A DNA stretch of 64,000 bases from NCBI GenBank assembly GCA_964486135.1, contig CAZAKT010000005.1:2789-66788 (forward strand). Reading direction: 5' to 3'. The position numbers and the translations under genes are program-made. The notes below the pieces were generated by a model. It was not told the DNA's origin. It was given only the letters and a program-made list of their open reading frames with translations, and did not search any database. Below are positions 35,379 through 45,069 of this stretch, piece after piece. Source of the DNA: an uncultured Mageeibacillus sp. Lineage in GTDB: Bacteria; Bacillota; Clostridia; Saccharofermentanales; DTU023. Numbering within the stretch: position 1 is the stretch's first letter; every line of letters starts with the position of its first letter.

Positions 35379-36467
35379 TCAATAACGGCCGAGCTGGAAG
35401 GATTCATCAAAGCCCGCGATCGCCTTGACGCAGAGGTCACTTAAGAGGACCAAATCATTGACATCGCATACTTCACATGGAGAATGGGCGTACTTGACTG
35501 GGAAGGCCAGATCTATTGTCGCGATACCTCCAAAAAGATTTTGCACATAGGTGGCGTCCGTCAGGAGTCCGCGCGAAGCGAACCAGCCCACCGGTATATC
35601 GCCCTCCTCGGCTGTTTTGGCCATATGTCGCGCCAAGCCCTCATGGGCAATGACCCCGTTTAAAGTCCCACGCCCGTGAAAGGAGTACATATTTATGACG
35701 GGGCCGCCGCCTGTCCGCACAGTGAACCGATCCTCCAGGCCTGGCGCGTTACTGGCAAGACAAACATCGAGCGCAATTGCGATATCCGGTTTTATGGTCT
35801 GCGCCGCCACCATGGCCCCCCGCAAATTGTGCTCCTCCTGCACGGTGCCGACGATATAGACAGTGGAATCCACCTGGGTCCTGGACAAGGCTTCCGCGCA
35901 CATGGTCAGTACAAGGCAGGAACCGCGATTGTCCAGGGCTGTCGCCGCGACCTGTGAGCCAAGGAGCCTTTCAAAGACGGGAGCGTACACAATTGAACAG
36001 CCTACCTGGATATTCTTTTCAAGGACTTGCGAGGGCTTGGAGGCGCCTACATCAATCCGCAGATCAGGAATAGGGGTCACCTGCATTTTTTCCTGCTCGG
36101 TCATCACGTGATAGGATTTTTCCGAGACTACCGCCGGGAGATAATCGCCCTTTGTTGTCCTCACCCGTAAGGCCAGACCGGGCGCTACCTTGTCCGGCAC
36201 ACTCCCATTTTTATTTACGTGCAAATAACCGGCTTGGTCGATGTTGGTCACGACAAAGCCTATCTGATCCATATGGGCGAAGAGCATTACAGTTGGCGCC
36301 TTCGGATTTTTACCCGGGAAACAGGCAATTACATTGCCCAGAAGATCTATTTTCACCTCATCAGCAAGTGGCTCCAGATCCTCCTTCAAACGATAGGCCA
36401 TCAGGCTTTCATAACCAGAGCCCCCCGGTATTGACGTGTATTCTTTTAAGCGATCATAAATATCCAT
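35379..36467 (-). CDS. M42 family metallopeptidase (FrvX/CelM/YpdE-like)
   Basis: 362 aa; HMDQIGF, LDNRGSC, VQEEHNLRGA motifs of the M42 family. Confidence 0.85.
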   Translation of the reverse strand: MDIYDRLKEYTSIPGGSGYESLMAYRLKEDLEPLADEVKIDLLGNVIACFPGKNPKAPTVMLFAHMDQIGFVVTNIDQAGYLHVNKNGSVPDKVAPGLALRVRTTKGDYLPAVVSEKSYHVMTEQEKMQVTPIPDLRIDVGASKPSQVLEKNIQVGCSIVYAPVFERLLGSQVAATALDNRGSCLVLTMCAEALSRTQVDSTVYIVGTVQEEHNLRGAMVAAQTIKPDIAIALDVCLASNAPGLEDRFTVRTGGGPVINMYSFHGRGTLNGVIAHEGLARHMAKTAEEGDIPVGWFASRGLLTDATYVQNLFGGIATIDLAFPVKYAHSPCEVCDVNDLVLLSDLCVKAIAGFDESFQLGRY

Positions 36468-36479
36468 GGCTGGCCCATC

Positions 36480-37631
36480 CTAAGGATTGTAACTCTTTTC
36501 AGGTTCTTCCAATGTCCAGTCAATCATTTTGACCGGCTGTGATCCCTTGTAGAGGGAAAGCTCTGACAGGTTGGCGACTGAACTCCATTCGCAGGCCTTG
36601 ACAACATCGACCGGGTTCTCGATCTCCCCCCTTATGGTCTTGATGAAATCCTGAACAACATAATAGTCGCCGCCACAACTATGATAATCACCCTGCGCCG
36701 CAAGTTTCTGGGCGCCTTCAGGCATATTCCGGTAGTTCTCCGGGAGCAGGTGCTTATAATCCCAGAGATCCTCCCATATCAGGCCACGGGAAAGCTTCAC
36801 TCCCCCATCACTGAAATAAGCGCGATCCATCGATTTTTGCCCCTGGGGGCCCCTTGACGTCTCAATCGCTCCCTTTGTCCCCTGAACTCCAAAATAGGCG
36901 TTTTGATTTGGCCGGGGTGACATCACATCAACGCGTATATTGATCAGTTTTCCGCTTTTCAGCTTCAACATTGTTGTGGTTGTATCTTCTTGCCGGTATT
37001 CCGGCTCGACGTGATTGCCACTCGAAAAACAGGTTACGGTATCAATCTTCTCATTGTTGAAAAAGGTCAGAAGCGGTCCAAGGCAATGAGTTGGATAAAA
37101 AGAACCCCGTTTCCCAACCTGCCAGAATTGTCGCCAGCTGGCCTTCCCATTTGGATAAACCAGCCAAGTTCTGATGTCCTCGATATACTCACTTTCCGCA
37201 TAGTATAGCTCGCCCAGCATACCGCTCTGGACCAGCTTGTTGATCAGTACGACATCAGGCCGGTAACAGTAGTTTTCGCACATCATATAGACTTTGTCCG
37301 ACCTGTCCACCTCTTTTTTGAGCCAAAACAGCTCTTCCAGAAATGAGTTGGCCGTCACTTCACTCAAAACGTGTTTACCTGCCCGCAGGGCCTCGATCGA
37401 TTGTGATACATGAAGATTCATCGGAGTCGCCACGAAAATCGCGTCGACATCGCTTTCGCACATTTCTGAAAAGGAAGTGAATCGATTTTGAATCTGGTAC
37501 TCATCTGCAAGTTTCTGCAGTTTAATCTCATCCAACTCACACAGGGCCGCTACTTCGACCCCCCGCATGTCGTTAAAACCGTCAAAATAGACTAAGCCTC
37601 TGGCGCCTGCGATACCAACTTTTATAGCCAT
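36480..37631 (-). CDS. Gfo/Idh/MocA family protein, possibly NAD-dependent glycosidase-like (GH109-like)
   Basis: ATG 37631 gives MAIKVGIAGARG (Rossmann), 383 aa; the GTG at 37667 is an alternative start. MCENYCYRPD and YPTHCLGPL blocks recall GH109-type proteins (from memory, not searched). Confidence 0.75.
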   Translation of the reverse strand: MAIKVGIAGARGLVYFDGFNDMRGVEVAALCELDEIKLQKLADEYQIQNRFTSFSEMCESDVDAIFVATPMNLHVSQSIEALRAGKHVLSEVTANSFLEELFWLKKEVDRSDKVYMMCENYCYRPDVVLINKLVQSGMLGELYYAESEYIEDIRTWLVYPNGKASWRQFWQVGKRGSFYPTHCLGPLLTFFNNEKIDTVTCFSSGNHVEPEYRQEDTTTTMLKLKSGKLINIRVDVMSPRPNQNAYFGVQGTKGAIETSRGPQGQKSMDRAYFSDGGVKLSRGLIWEDLWDYKHLLPENYRNMPEGAQKLAAQGDYHSCGGDYYVVQDFIKTIRGEIENPVDVVKACEWSSVANLSELSLYKGSQPVKMIDWTLEEPEKSYNP

Positions 37632-37781
37632 TACCCTAAGAACCGCCCTTTCTTTTAATCTTCCCACTTTCGTCCAGCGTAATCAACACTGTCCAGTCAA
37701 GTCTATCAAAAACAAGCTGCAATGATCCCAGAAGAATTTAAAGTGTCAACTTCCATAATGAATATTCTTATCAATAAATTC

Positions 37782-37808
37782 AAAAAAACCGGGGCCCTGA
37801 GGCCCCGG
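37782..37808 (-). terminator. Rho-independent terminator after ygeY
   Basis: 8-bp stem CCGGGGCC/GGCCCCGG (37789-37808), followed on the minus strand by T7 (37788-37782). Confidence 0.8.
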
Positions 37809-37830
37809 CTCTAAAATCGGTTTGAAGGCT

Positions 37831-39057
37831 TTACGCGTTCGCTTCCTTCGCGATATCAACGTAGAGTGCCGGCATAACACTGTAGATAGCGGCACAGCGG
37901 ACGATATCCTCTTTCCAGTTGACTTCGTTGGGCGCATGAGCCTGAGCTTCCTTACCCGGGCCGAGGCCGATGCAGGGGATGCCATGGCGTCCCATGATGG
38001 CGACACCATTGGTGGAGAAGGTCCACTTGTCCACCTTGGGGGCTTCATAGAGATTGGTGTAGGCAGCAACCAGGGCCTTGGTCTGCGGCGCGTCCTCAGG
38101 GATGACCCAGGTGGGGAAATAGCAGTCCTGTTCATAGACGAAGCCGGTCCAGGAGGGCCTGTCGTACTTATACATGGAGACCTCGGCACCGTGCTTCTTG
38201 ACGGAGGGAAGGGCCTCGATTTCCGCGATGGCGGATTCCCAGGTCTCGCCCCAGGTCAGGCGGCGGTCCAGGGAGATGGCGGCGCTATCGGCCACAGCAC
38301 AACGTGAAGGCGAGGTGTAGAAAATCTGTGAGGTGGTCACAGTGCCCTTGCCCAGGAAATCGTCATCCTTCAGATGGTTGTTGAGCTCTTCGACTTCCTT
38401 GAGGATGTCGGCCATTTTGTAGATGGCGTTTTCACCACGCTCAGGGGCTGAACCGTGGCAGGAAATGCCCTTGACGTCGACGCGGATTTCCATCCGGCCG
38501 CGGTGGCCGCGGTAGACGTGCATGTCGGTCGGCTCGGTGGAGACGACAAACTCGGGACGGATATTCTCATTCTCGATCAGGTGGAGCCAGCACATGCCGT
38601 CGCAGTCTTCCTCCTGCACGGTCCCGGCCACCAGGATGGTCACATCCTCATCGATCAGGCCCAGGTCCTTGGCGATCTTGGCGCCATAGACGGAGGAAAC
38701 CACACCACCCAGCTGGTCTGACGCGCCGCGCCCGCCAACTTCGGTCTCGTTTTCATAGCCTTCGTAGGGGTCAAATTCCCAGTTGGAAATCTCACCGATT
38801 CCGACGGTGTCGATATGGCCATCGTAGGAAATGATCCGCTCGCCTGTTCCCATCCAGCCCAGCACGTTGCCCAGCTGGTCAAACTCGACCTTGTCGTAGC
38901 CGAGCTTCTCCATCTCTTCCTTGATCCGGCGGGCCACGCCTTCTTCTTCACAGCTTTCGCCGGGAATCCTGATCAGGTCACGGAGGAACTTGACCATGTC
39001 TTCCTTGTAGGCTTCAGCGGCCTGGCGGACGCGATTATAGTCAATCGTTTTTGTCAT
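37831..39057 (-). CDS. ygeY: YgeY-family selenium-metabolism-linked M20 hydrolase
   Basis: 408 aa; [38 protein letters not shown]... closely tracks E. coli YgeY; M20 metal-ligand blocks are present. Confidence 0.9.
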   Translation of the reverse strand: MTKTIDYNRVRQAAEAYKEDMVKFLRDLIRIPGESCEEEGVARRIKEEMEKLGYDKVEFDQLGNVLGWMGTGERIISYDGHIDTVGIGEISNWEFDPYEGYENETEVGGRGASDQLGGVVSSVYGAKIAKDLGLIDEDVTILVAGTVQEEDCDGMCWLHLIENENIRPEFVVSTEPTDMHVYRGHRGRMEIRVDVKGISCHGSAPERGENAIYKMADILKEVEELNNHLKDDDFLGKGTVTTSQIFYTSPSRCAVADSAAISLDRRLTWGETWESAIAEIEALPSVKKHGAEVSMYKYDRPSWTGFVYEQDCYFPTWVIPEDAPQTKALVAAYTNLYEAPKVDKWTFSTNGVAIMGRHGIPCIGLGPGKEAQAHAPNEVNWKEDIVRCAAIYSVMPALYVDIAKEANA

Positions 39058-39106
39058 ATTCTGTCTTCTCCTTTTCTTTTGTTTTTTATTCTTGCTATTA
39101 CAGTCA

Positions 39107-39140
39107 ACTGCCCCGGTGTTTTCACAACAGCCGGGGCAGT
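39107..39140 (-). other. Intercistronic stem-loop between ygeW and ygeY
   Basis: 10-bp perfect stem ACTGCCCCGG/CCGGGGCAGT with a structured 14-nt loop; no U-tract. Confidence 0.45.
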
Positions 39141-39158
39141 CACAACAATCCTGTCGGA

Positions 39159-40355
39159 TCAGGCATTATCCGCCCAACGGGGGCTACTGCCCTTCCAGAG
39201 CTCTTCCAGCTTGGCTCCCGCCTTCCCCACCTTCTGGAGGAAGATCATGGCCGCGATGATATAAGGTTTATAACTGGCTTCCTTGTAAAGCGGGATCCGA
39301 TAGCGGTCAAAGACCGAAGCGTCGACCTCGCCTGTCTCACAGGAAACCCCTGTAATGTCAGCCGGCAGACAGTGCATATAGAGGGCCTTGCCACCCTTGG
39401 TAAGACCCATCATGGCTTCTGTACAGGCCCAATCCTTGTGGAGGGCGTTCTGGGCCAGAAGTTCCTGCTCCAGCGCGTCGATGCCCGCCTGATCGCCCTT
39501 GGCGTACAGGTCGGTACGGATCTCCATGGCCTTGAAGGGGGCCCAGCTCTTGGGATAAACGACGTCCGCGTCCTTGAAGGCCTCTTCCATGGATTCCACC
39601 CGGGTGAACTTGCCGCCATAATTCTCTTCGTTGTGCTTGGCGACAGCTTCAATATCGTCCATGATCTCGTAACCTTCCGGATGCGCGAGGACAACCTCCA
39701 TACCAAAGCGGGTCATAAGCCCGACAATGCCCTGGGGTACTGACAGGGGCTTGCCATAGGAGGGGGAGTAGGCCCAGGTCATGGCCAGCTTCTTCCCCTT
39801 CAGGTTCTCGAGACCGCCCAATTCATGGATCATGTGGAGGGCGTCGGCCATGGACTGGGTCGGATGATCGATGTCACACTGGAGGTTGACCAGGGTCGGC
39901 CTCTGCTCGAGCACGCCGTCCTCAAAACCTTCCTTGACATAATCCGAGACACTCTTCATATAGGTATGGCCCTTGCCGATGTACATGTCATCACGGATAC
40001 CGATGACATCCGCCATAAAGGAGATCATGTTGGCTGTCTCCTTGACGGTTTCGCCGTGGGCAATCTGTGATTTGCCCTCGTCAAAATCCTGGAGCGCCAG
40101 GCCCAGGAAATTACAGGCCGATGCGAACGAGAAGCGGGTCCTCGTCGACTGGTCACGGAAAAGTGAGATGCCCAGGCCCGAGTCGAAGATACGGGCGCTC
40201 TTGTTATTCTCACGGAGCTCTCTCAGGGCGTCAGCGACCGCAAAGATCGCCATTATCTCATCCTGTGACTTGTCCCAGGTCAGGAAGAAATCATCCTGAT
40301 ACAGTCCCTTGTAGTCATAGGCTTCAAGTTGCTTGATTAAATCATTGATTTTCAT
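39159..40355 (-). CDS. ygeW: Knotted carbamoyltransferase YgeW
   Basis: 398 aa; near-colinear with E. coli YgeW ([41 protein letters not shown]). Confidence 0.92.
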   Translation of the reverse strand: MKINDLIKQLEAYDYKGLYQDDFFLTWDKSQDEIMAIFAVADALRELRENNKSARIFDSGLGISLFRDQSTRTRFSFASACNFLGLALQDFDEGKSQIAHGETVKETANMISFMADVIGIRDDMYIGKGHTYMKSVSDYVKEGFEDGVLEQRPTLVNLQCDIDHPTQSMADALHMIHELGGLENLKGKKLAMTWAYSPSYGKPLSVPQGIVGLMTRFGMEVVLAHPEGYEIMDDIEAVAKHNEENYGGKFTRVESMEEAFKDADVVYPKSWAPFKAMEIRTDLYAKGDQAGIDALEQELLAQNALHKDWACTEAMMGLTKGGKALYMHCLPADITGVSCETGEVDASVFDRYRIPLYKEASYKPYIIAAMIFLQKVGKAGAKLEELWKGSSPRWADNA

Positions 40356-40390
40356 TCTTTCTTCTCTCCTTGCTATTCGGGTTCGGGGAG

Positions 40391-41863
40391 TTAAAGCTTG
40401 TTCAGAACACCTGAACGCTCATTGAAGGCTTCGGTCAGGCGGTCGATTTCATAAACCTGGTTGTGGATCCTGTTCCAGTATTCGTCGTCATACCACTGGG
40501 CGTTGAGCTCTTCCAAGCTCCGTCCCTGCTGTTCGACCCAGGTATAGTACTTGAGATTGTGGACCCGCTTTCTCGACCAGTAGGTGAATTCCTCCATATT
40601 GTCAGTCTTGATTGATTTGAGGTGCTGCCAGTAGTCGCGGGCGGCCAGATCAGCCGTGTAGGCCTCCTCCTCGTCAAGTTCGAGGATCCGGGACGCGTAC
40701 ATCTCAGCCGAGTCGGTCGCCACGGTCAAGAGCACGTCCTTCTCCGTCAGCTCAAAGTATTTCGCCATCTTGATCGTACCCAGGACATTGGCGATGCCAC
40801 TGATACCCAGTGCGGAGAGTTCCTTCAAAATCTCCTCTGACACGCCTGTCTCCTGCATAAGGTAGGCGTGACCGATCTCAGAATTGAAGAGCCTGAGCAG
40901 GTTCTGTGAGTTGTTGTCATCTATGGCGCAGACCAGATCCGTATTCTTGACATTGTGGACAAAGGGGATATGCTTGTCGCCGATGCCCTCGATACGGTGG
41001 CCACCAAAGCCGTTGTTCAGGATAGTCGGGCACTGGAGGGCTTCACCGACCGCAACCTTGACATGGGGGAATTTTTCCTTCAGGTAATCGCCGGCGCTCA
41101 GGCTACCGCCGCTACCGCTTGTGAAGAAGGCGCCAAAGAGTCTTGAATCGTCTGTCTTGACTTCGTTATATAAGTCCTCCAGGGCCGGGCCGGTCGCGTG
41201 GAAGTGCCAGAGCACATTGCCCATCTCCTCAAACTGATTGAAGATAAAGGCTTCGGGCCGCGTCCTGCGGATTTCCTTGACTTTTTCAAATATTTCATAA
41301 ACATCGCTCTCACAACCCGGCGTCGCGATGACCTCCTCGGCCATATCCTGCAGCCAGTCGAAGCGCTCCTGGCTCATCTCCTCCGGCAGGATGGCGATGG
41401 CCTTGCAGCCCAGCAGTTTTGAGTTCAGGGAACCGCCGCGGGCGTAGTTACCGGTGGAGGGCCAGACAGCCCAGTTCTTGTAGGGATCGAACTGGCCGGT
41501 TACCAGGCGGGGGACCAGGCATCCGTAGGAAGCGCCCACCTTGTGACATCCGGTCGGAAACCACTTGCCGACCATAACGAAAACACGAGCCCTGACTCCC
41601 GTCAGTTCCTTGGGGATCTCGATGTAGTTGACGCCGCCGTATTCGCCGCCGTCCCGTCTCGGCTGGTTCTTCCAGGTGATACGGAACAGGTTGATCGGAT
41701 TGACATCCTCTGTGCCAACTTCATGAAGCGCATTTTTGATTTTTTCGGGGACATATTTGTCGGGATCGCGTAATTGTTTGAAAGTTGGGATAACGATATT
41801 GTTCTCGCGCGCTCGTCTGATGGCGCTCTCGAGTCCGGCCTCGTGGATCGTAAGATCGATCAT
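40391..41863 (-). CDS. Fold-type II (Trp-synthase-beta-like) PLP-dependent enzyme, specific function unknown
   Basis: Track ORF runs to 41986. ATG 41863 (AAGGAGA RBS) gives MIDLTIHEAG..., 490 aa. Candidate PLP-Lys is in GCHKVGASYG, with a glycine-rich FFTSGSGGSLSAG loop. Confidence 0.75.
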   Translation of the reverse strand: MIDLTIHEAGLESAIRRARENNIVIPTFKQLRDPDKYVPEKIKNALHEVGTEDVNPINLFRITWKNQPRRDGGEYGGVNYIEIPKELTGVRARVFVMVGKWFPTGCHKVGASYGCLVPRLVTGQFDPYKNWAVWPSTGNYARGGSLNSKLLGCKAIAILPEEMSQERFDWLQDMAEEVIATPGCESDVYEIFEKVKEIRRTRPEAFIFNQFEEMGNVLWHFHATGPALEDLYNEVKTDDSRLFGAFFTSGSGGSLSAGDYLKEKFPHVKVAVGEALQCPTILNNGFGGHRIEGIGDKHIPFVHNVKNTDLVCAIDDNNSQNLLRLFNSEIGHAYLMQETGVSEEILKELSALGISGIANVLGTIKMAKYFELTEKDVLLTVATDSAEMYASRILELDEEEAYTADLAARDYWQHLKSIKTDNMEEFTYWSRKRVHNLKYYTWVEQQGRSLEELNAQWYDDEYWNRIHNQVYEIDRLTEAFNERSGVLNKL

Positions 41864-41936
41864 AGTATTTCTCCTTGCATAGTGATGGTAGATGATCTCG
41901 GTCGGCAATTCTGTTAACAATGCCAAGACACAAGCC

Positions 41937-41945
41937 ACTATAGCA
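41937..41945 (-). promoter_or_regulatory. Extended -10 element (TGCTATAGT) for the PLP-enzyme/ygeW/ygeY operon
   Basis: Minus-strand TGCTATAGT lies about 75 nt upstream of ATG 41863. Confidence 0.4.
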
Positions 41946-42021
41946 TACCCAAAATAAGATGAAGAGTAAAGCGGAGAGTTAGCCAAGCTCCCCCGCGGAA
42001 AGCAGGCTATTTGTTACATTT

Positions 42022-42783
42022 TCACTGTTGGTGATCCGCTTCTGCCGCTTCTTTATTGAGCTTTTTGTACAAGAGGACGCCGATCAGGGCAACCAGGCCG
42101 GTCACCGTGAAGACTGAGATGGCAAAGAGGTAGTTCTGCGACCCCATAAGCCCCCCGCTCACTGTCGACGTAACGACCGAAAGGAGCCGGGCCGAGACGA
42201 CAACCAGCCAAGTTGAAAGCCGTATGGGCGTCAAGCCAGCCAAATAGGTCAAAATATCCTTGGGTGTCCCGGGGACGAACATAAGGACGTAGAACAAGAC
42301 ATTGAGGCGTCCTGGTTTCTGGAATAGTTTGACTTCATCGATCTTTTCAGGCTCAAAAAAGAGTTCGATCACAGGCCTGCCATATCTTTTAACCAGGAGA
42401 AATATCAGGATGCTGGCGGAGTAGATCGCCGCCATACATATCAGGGTCCCCTCCACGGCCCCAAAGGCATAGCCTGCTGCCAGCTCAAAGGGCTCGCCCG
42501 GTATGATTGCGATCACCACCTGCATGAAATTGGCAAAAAAGAATATGAGACGGCTTACAAGGGGATTGCGAGCCACCATGGCCCGGACTTCCAGGGGGTC
42601 GGAAAAGAAATCTATGGCCCTTTCGCCCCACAGGATATAGATCAAGACAAAGGCCAGGAGAGTCAGGACAAGGAAGCCTATCGCCAAGGACCGCTGGAAG
42701 ATCCGCCTTTTAAGAGCGGCATAGAGCTTGCCCGCCGGCCGCAGATCGATTTCAGGGTCATTTTGATATTTTGGCACCGTCAC
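42022..42783 (-). CDS. TVP38/TMEM64 (DedA-related) family membrane protein
   Basis: 253 aa; 5-6 TM; FVPGTPKDILTYLAG motif typical of the family. Confidence 0.8.
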   Translation of the reverse strand: MTVPKYQNDPEIDLRPAGKLYAALKRRIFQRSLAIGFLVLTLLAFVLIYILWGERAIDFFSDPLEVRAMVARNPLVSRLIFFFANFMQVVIAIIPGEPFELAAGYAFGAVEGTLICMAAIYSASILIFLLVKRYGRPVIELFFEPEKIDEVKLFQKPGRLNVLFYVLMFVPGTPKDILTYLAGLTPIRLSTWLVVVSARLLSVVTSTVSGGLMGSQNYLFAISVFTVTGLVALIGVLLYKKLNKEAAEADHQQ

Positions 42784-42981
42784 GCGCTCTCTTTACTCTC
42801 TCATTCCATACCTGACCGGAGGGGGTGGTCAAACTGCCAGCAACTTAGTTTGCCACGCGTTTCCCTGCCATTCTATCACGAAGCGGGGCCGGGTCCAGAT
42901 TGAAGGCAGACCTTTGTGGCGACGATTCCTGCTATACTGGTCGCTCGGAATCCTCGGGCAGGAACAGGGGGAGGGAAGGAC

Positions 42982-43932
42982 TTGGACAACCCACTCGTAA
43001 GCGTTATTATTCCGGTCTTCAATGCGGAAGCCTGGATCAGGCGCTGCCTGGACTCTGTCTTGGGCCAGTCCTATGAGAGGCTGGAGGTTATTGCTGTTTC
43101 CGATGGATCGACCGATGGTTCAGAGTCGATACTCAGGGACTATGAGTCCCGGGACAGCCGGTTCATATTCCTGTGTCAGGAAAACCTGGGGGTCAGCGCG
43201 GCCCGCAATCACGGGCTGGCGAAGGCCCGGGGCGACTGGATCTGTTTTGTCGACGCAGATGACTATGTCCACGTCGATTATGTGAAATCCATGCTCCGGG
43301 AGGCCCTGGACCATGATGCCGATGCCGTCTCTATCAATTTCTATCTTGAACTGCCAAGGGGATGGAGACTGCCTTACCCCTTCATCATCCTGAGAAAGCA
43401 ACTCACAGGTAAAGAAGCCGTCAAGCAATGTTTTCGGATGCTGCATTTTCCCACCTTCGTTTGGAACAAGCTCTTTCGCAGGTCACTCTTCACAGACCAG
43501 GCGCTTTCCTTCCCTCCCATCATCTACGAGGACGCCTATCTTGTCCCCCTCCTCCTCCTCGGGTGCCGGAAGGTGATCGCCCTTAAAAAACCCCGTTACC
43601 ACTATATCCGTCAACCCGTGAGCCTGACCCATCGGATAGGCTTCGAGCACGTGAGCCAGTATCTGACGGCGGCCAACATGTTGCGCCATCACTTCTGGAG
43701 ATCCGACAGCTGGGAGGAATGGTCCAAACCCTTCAGCCACTACCTTGGCAGGATCCTGATCCAGATCACCCTTACCCTTTTCCTGACCAGGCGGACCCTG
43801 TCTTTTCCTGAGCGGCGGATTCTGATAAGCCAGGCGCGGGCCAATATTAAGGCCTTGAGAAGCCCTCCAGAAGCGGGGGATTCGCCCCAGGACCTGCCCC
43901 ATTATGTCGGGCCGGCAGGACCGACTGGGTAG
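42982..43932 (+). CDS. Glycosyltransferase family 2
   Basis: Track start is 42916, but a TGCTATACT -10 (42930-42938) lies inside that extension. TTG 42982 follows GGGGGAGGGAAGGA. VSVIIPVFNAEAWIRRCLDSVLGQSY, SDGSTDGS and DADD motifs; 316 aa. Confidence 0.85.
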   Translation: MDNPLVSVIIPVFNAEAWIRRCLDSVLGQSYERLEVIAVSDGSTDGSESILRDYESRDSRFIFLCQENLGVSAARNHGLAKARGDWICFVDADDYVHVDYVKSMLREALDHDADAVSINFYLELPRGWRLPYPFIILRKQLTGKEAVKQCFRMLHFPTFVWNKLFRRSLFTDQALSFPPIIYEDAYLVPLLLLGCRKVIALKKPRYHYIRQPVSLTHRIGFEHVSQYLTAANMLRHHFWRSDSWEEWSKPFSHYLGRILIQITLTLFLTRRTLSFPERRILISQARANIKALRSPPEAGDSPQDLPHYVGPAGPTG

Positions 43933-43944
43933 ACTCCCCTGCCC

Positions 43945-45069
43945 TCAACCGGACATGAGCCTCTCATAGAGTTCCTCCAACTCTTTCGAGGGACTGATAT
44001 CCAGGGCCTGTGAGAGTCTCTCCGTGAAGGCCTGGTAGAAGTCCCTCATCTCAGCTTTTTTATTCTGGAGGCTGAAAAATTCCAGTTGGAGGCCAGCGCC
44101 CGTCTCATCGATCGGGCTGATCCGGCGCATGAAGTCGAGGCAGTCCATGAGCAAGGGGGTAAGCTCACCCCTGTCCAGCAGCTGACGGATCTTTCCTGTC
44201 ACCAGCCCCTGGACCAGGTTCCTGCTCCTGATCCTCGTCTCATTGGCCCAGTTGTATGTCTCATCAGCCAGAAAATCTTTCCTGTAAAGCGCAAGAATGT
44301 CGGTCAAGGCCGACTCATCCACCTTTTCCAGATCCAGGAGCCGGTTCAGCTCCTCCAGGTCACTTGTGACCGGAAGCTCCAGATGATATCTGTCGTCAGC
44401 GTACTTGATCCCCTCCGGGAAACCGAGCTCAGCAAGACCGCGCCTGATCTGGTAAACGGTCGTGTGCAGAAGGGCAGTGGCCCTTTTCGGATCCTTATCC
44501 GGAAAGAGCCTCTCGATGAGCGTGTCCTTGTTGACAGGATTTTTCTTGTTTATCCACAAGTAGAAAAACAACTCCTTTGCCTTTCTCGTCCGCCATCGCA
44601 TGGCCTGGCCGGCCTCATTCAGGACGGTAGCCTGATTCAGGCTGATGACCCGCAGCTGTCCGACTTCCACCCCCACTGCCCGGTCAGGATCCTGTTCGGG
44701 CGGACTGAAGGCCCTCAGCCTGGTCAAGGTCTTGTCCAGCCTCTTCTTCTGTACGGGTTTCAGGAGGTAATCGATGGCATTGACCTCAAAAGCCTGGATG
44801 GCATATTGGGAAAAGGCCGTGACAAAGACGATGTGGACGAAGCGCTCCTGATTGAAGAGATCTGCCGCGGCCAGACCATCCATACTCCCCATCTCAATGT
44901 CAAGGAAGACAATATCCGGCCTGTCTGAGGGGAGCTTTGCCAGGGCCGCCTCCGGAGAGCTATAACAGCCGACAATATGAACCCTCTCATCGCCTTCAAG
45001 CAAGGAACTCAGGACCTTGATGGCCGCGGCCTCATCGTCAACAATAATGGCTCTCAGACTTCTAGGCAT
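43945..45069 (-). CDS. Response regulator: REC + winged-helix + BTAD (SARP-type)
   Basis: ATG 45069 overlaps the kinase stop by 8 nt. MPRSLRAIIVDDE...DIVFLDIEMG...LLKPV receiver; C-terminal OmpR-like wHTH and BTAD helices; 374 aa. Confidence 0.85.
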   Translation of the reverse strand: MPRSLRAIIVDDEAAAIKVLSSLLEGDERVHIVGCYSSPEAALAKLPSDRPDIVFLDIEMGSMDGLAAADLFNQERFVHIVFVTAFSQYAIQAFEVNAIDYLLKPVQKKRLDKTLTRLRAFSPPEQDPDRAVGVEVGQLRVISLNQATVLNEAGQAMRWRTRKAKELFFYLWINKKNPVNKDTLIERLFPDKDPKRATALLHTTVYQIRRGLAELGFPEGIKYADDRYHLELPVTSDLEELNRLLDLEKVDESALTDILALYRKDFLADETYNWANETRIRSRNLVQGLVTGKIRQLLDRGELTPLLMDCLDFMRRISPIDETGAGLQLEFFSLQNKKAEMRDFYQAFTERLSQALDISPSKELEELYERLMSG

